Virus record (IMG/VR): IMGVR_UViG_3300049596_000421
Location: 1 to 60,161 of that record
From: a virus
Taxonomy: Duplodnaviria; Caudoviricetes
Strand: one strand, 5' to 3'
Length of the DNA: 60,161 bases
Positions 59,955-60,161 of the stretch are shown piece after piece. The translations under genes were made by a program, and so were the position numbers. The notes under the pieces were generated by a model, which was not told the DNA's origin, ran no database searches, and saw only the letters and a list, made by a program, of their open reading frames with translations. Within the stretch, counting starts at the first letter, position 1, and the number at the start of each line of letters is the position of its first letter.

Positions 59955-60161
59955 ATGGCGTCAAACAAAAATTTCGAGTATCTAGGTAGTACCTTTCAGA
60001 TACAATTATTAAACCAAATCATTATCGACAAAGATTTCTCAAGGTCTATTATAGATGTGATTGAAACAAGTTATTTTGAGAATAAATACTTCAAATTAAT
60101 CATCCAAATGATTAAGGAATATTATACAAAATACGAACACACACCAACCTTTGACACATTA
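59955..60161 (+). CDS. Probable replicative DNA helicase (DnaB/gp41-like), N-terminal fragment cut by the window edge
   Basis: MASNKNFEYLGSTFQIQLLNQIIIDKDFSRSIIDVIETSYFENKYF...EYYTKYEHTPTFDTL resembles phage DnaB N-termini; open to the window end; no ATPase motifs visible. Confidence 0.6.
   Translation, partial: MASNKNFEYLGSTFQIQLLNQIIIDKDFSRSIIDVIETSYFENKYFKLIIQMIKEYYTKYEHTPTFDTL

Noticed and set aside
1-60161. Alternative genetic code (stop-codon reassignment)
   Set aside because: Long genes are intact under the standard code, and TAA, TAG (58436, 59924) and TGA (29929) all end genes at sensible positions.
1-60161. tRNA or rRNA genes
   Set aside because: Intergenic gaps are short and AT-rich, and I saw no cloverleaf or T-loop signature.

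Overview
A roughly 60-kb AT-rich (about 30% GC by eye) fragment of a large tailed dsDNA phage with a contractile tail and distant T4-like genes, using the standard genetic code. The first 25.5 kb is an accessory island. It holds about 10 glycosyltransferase/methyltransferase genes, including a 5-domain fusion enzyme and a GT60-type polypeptide GlcNAc-transferase. These are interleaved with large Cys-rich proteins whose shuffled modules are joined by mucin-like Pro-Thr linkers, followed by a trypsin-like protease and a PEBP-domain protein. From 25.6 kb onward come a family B DNA polymerase, neck/head-closure proteins, a SNF2 helicase, tail terminator, sheath, tube, tail chaperone, tape measure and baseplate genes. 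The window ends with an SSB, a RecA/UvsX-like recombinase, a 5'-3' exonuclease and the start of a replicative helicase. The best candidate for a new system is a phage-encoded mucin-type protein O-glycosylation pathway with its own substrates, possibly using a recurrent [S/T]-G-x-T site in virion proteins. Other signals include a strand-specific TATTTATA upstream motif, a candidate +1 frameshift in the tail chaperone, a circularly permuted FISUMP domain, an OmpA-like domain inside a baseplate protein, and apparent GATC/CATG avoidance. All family calls come from recognising motifs by eye; no searches were run.
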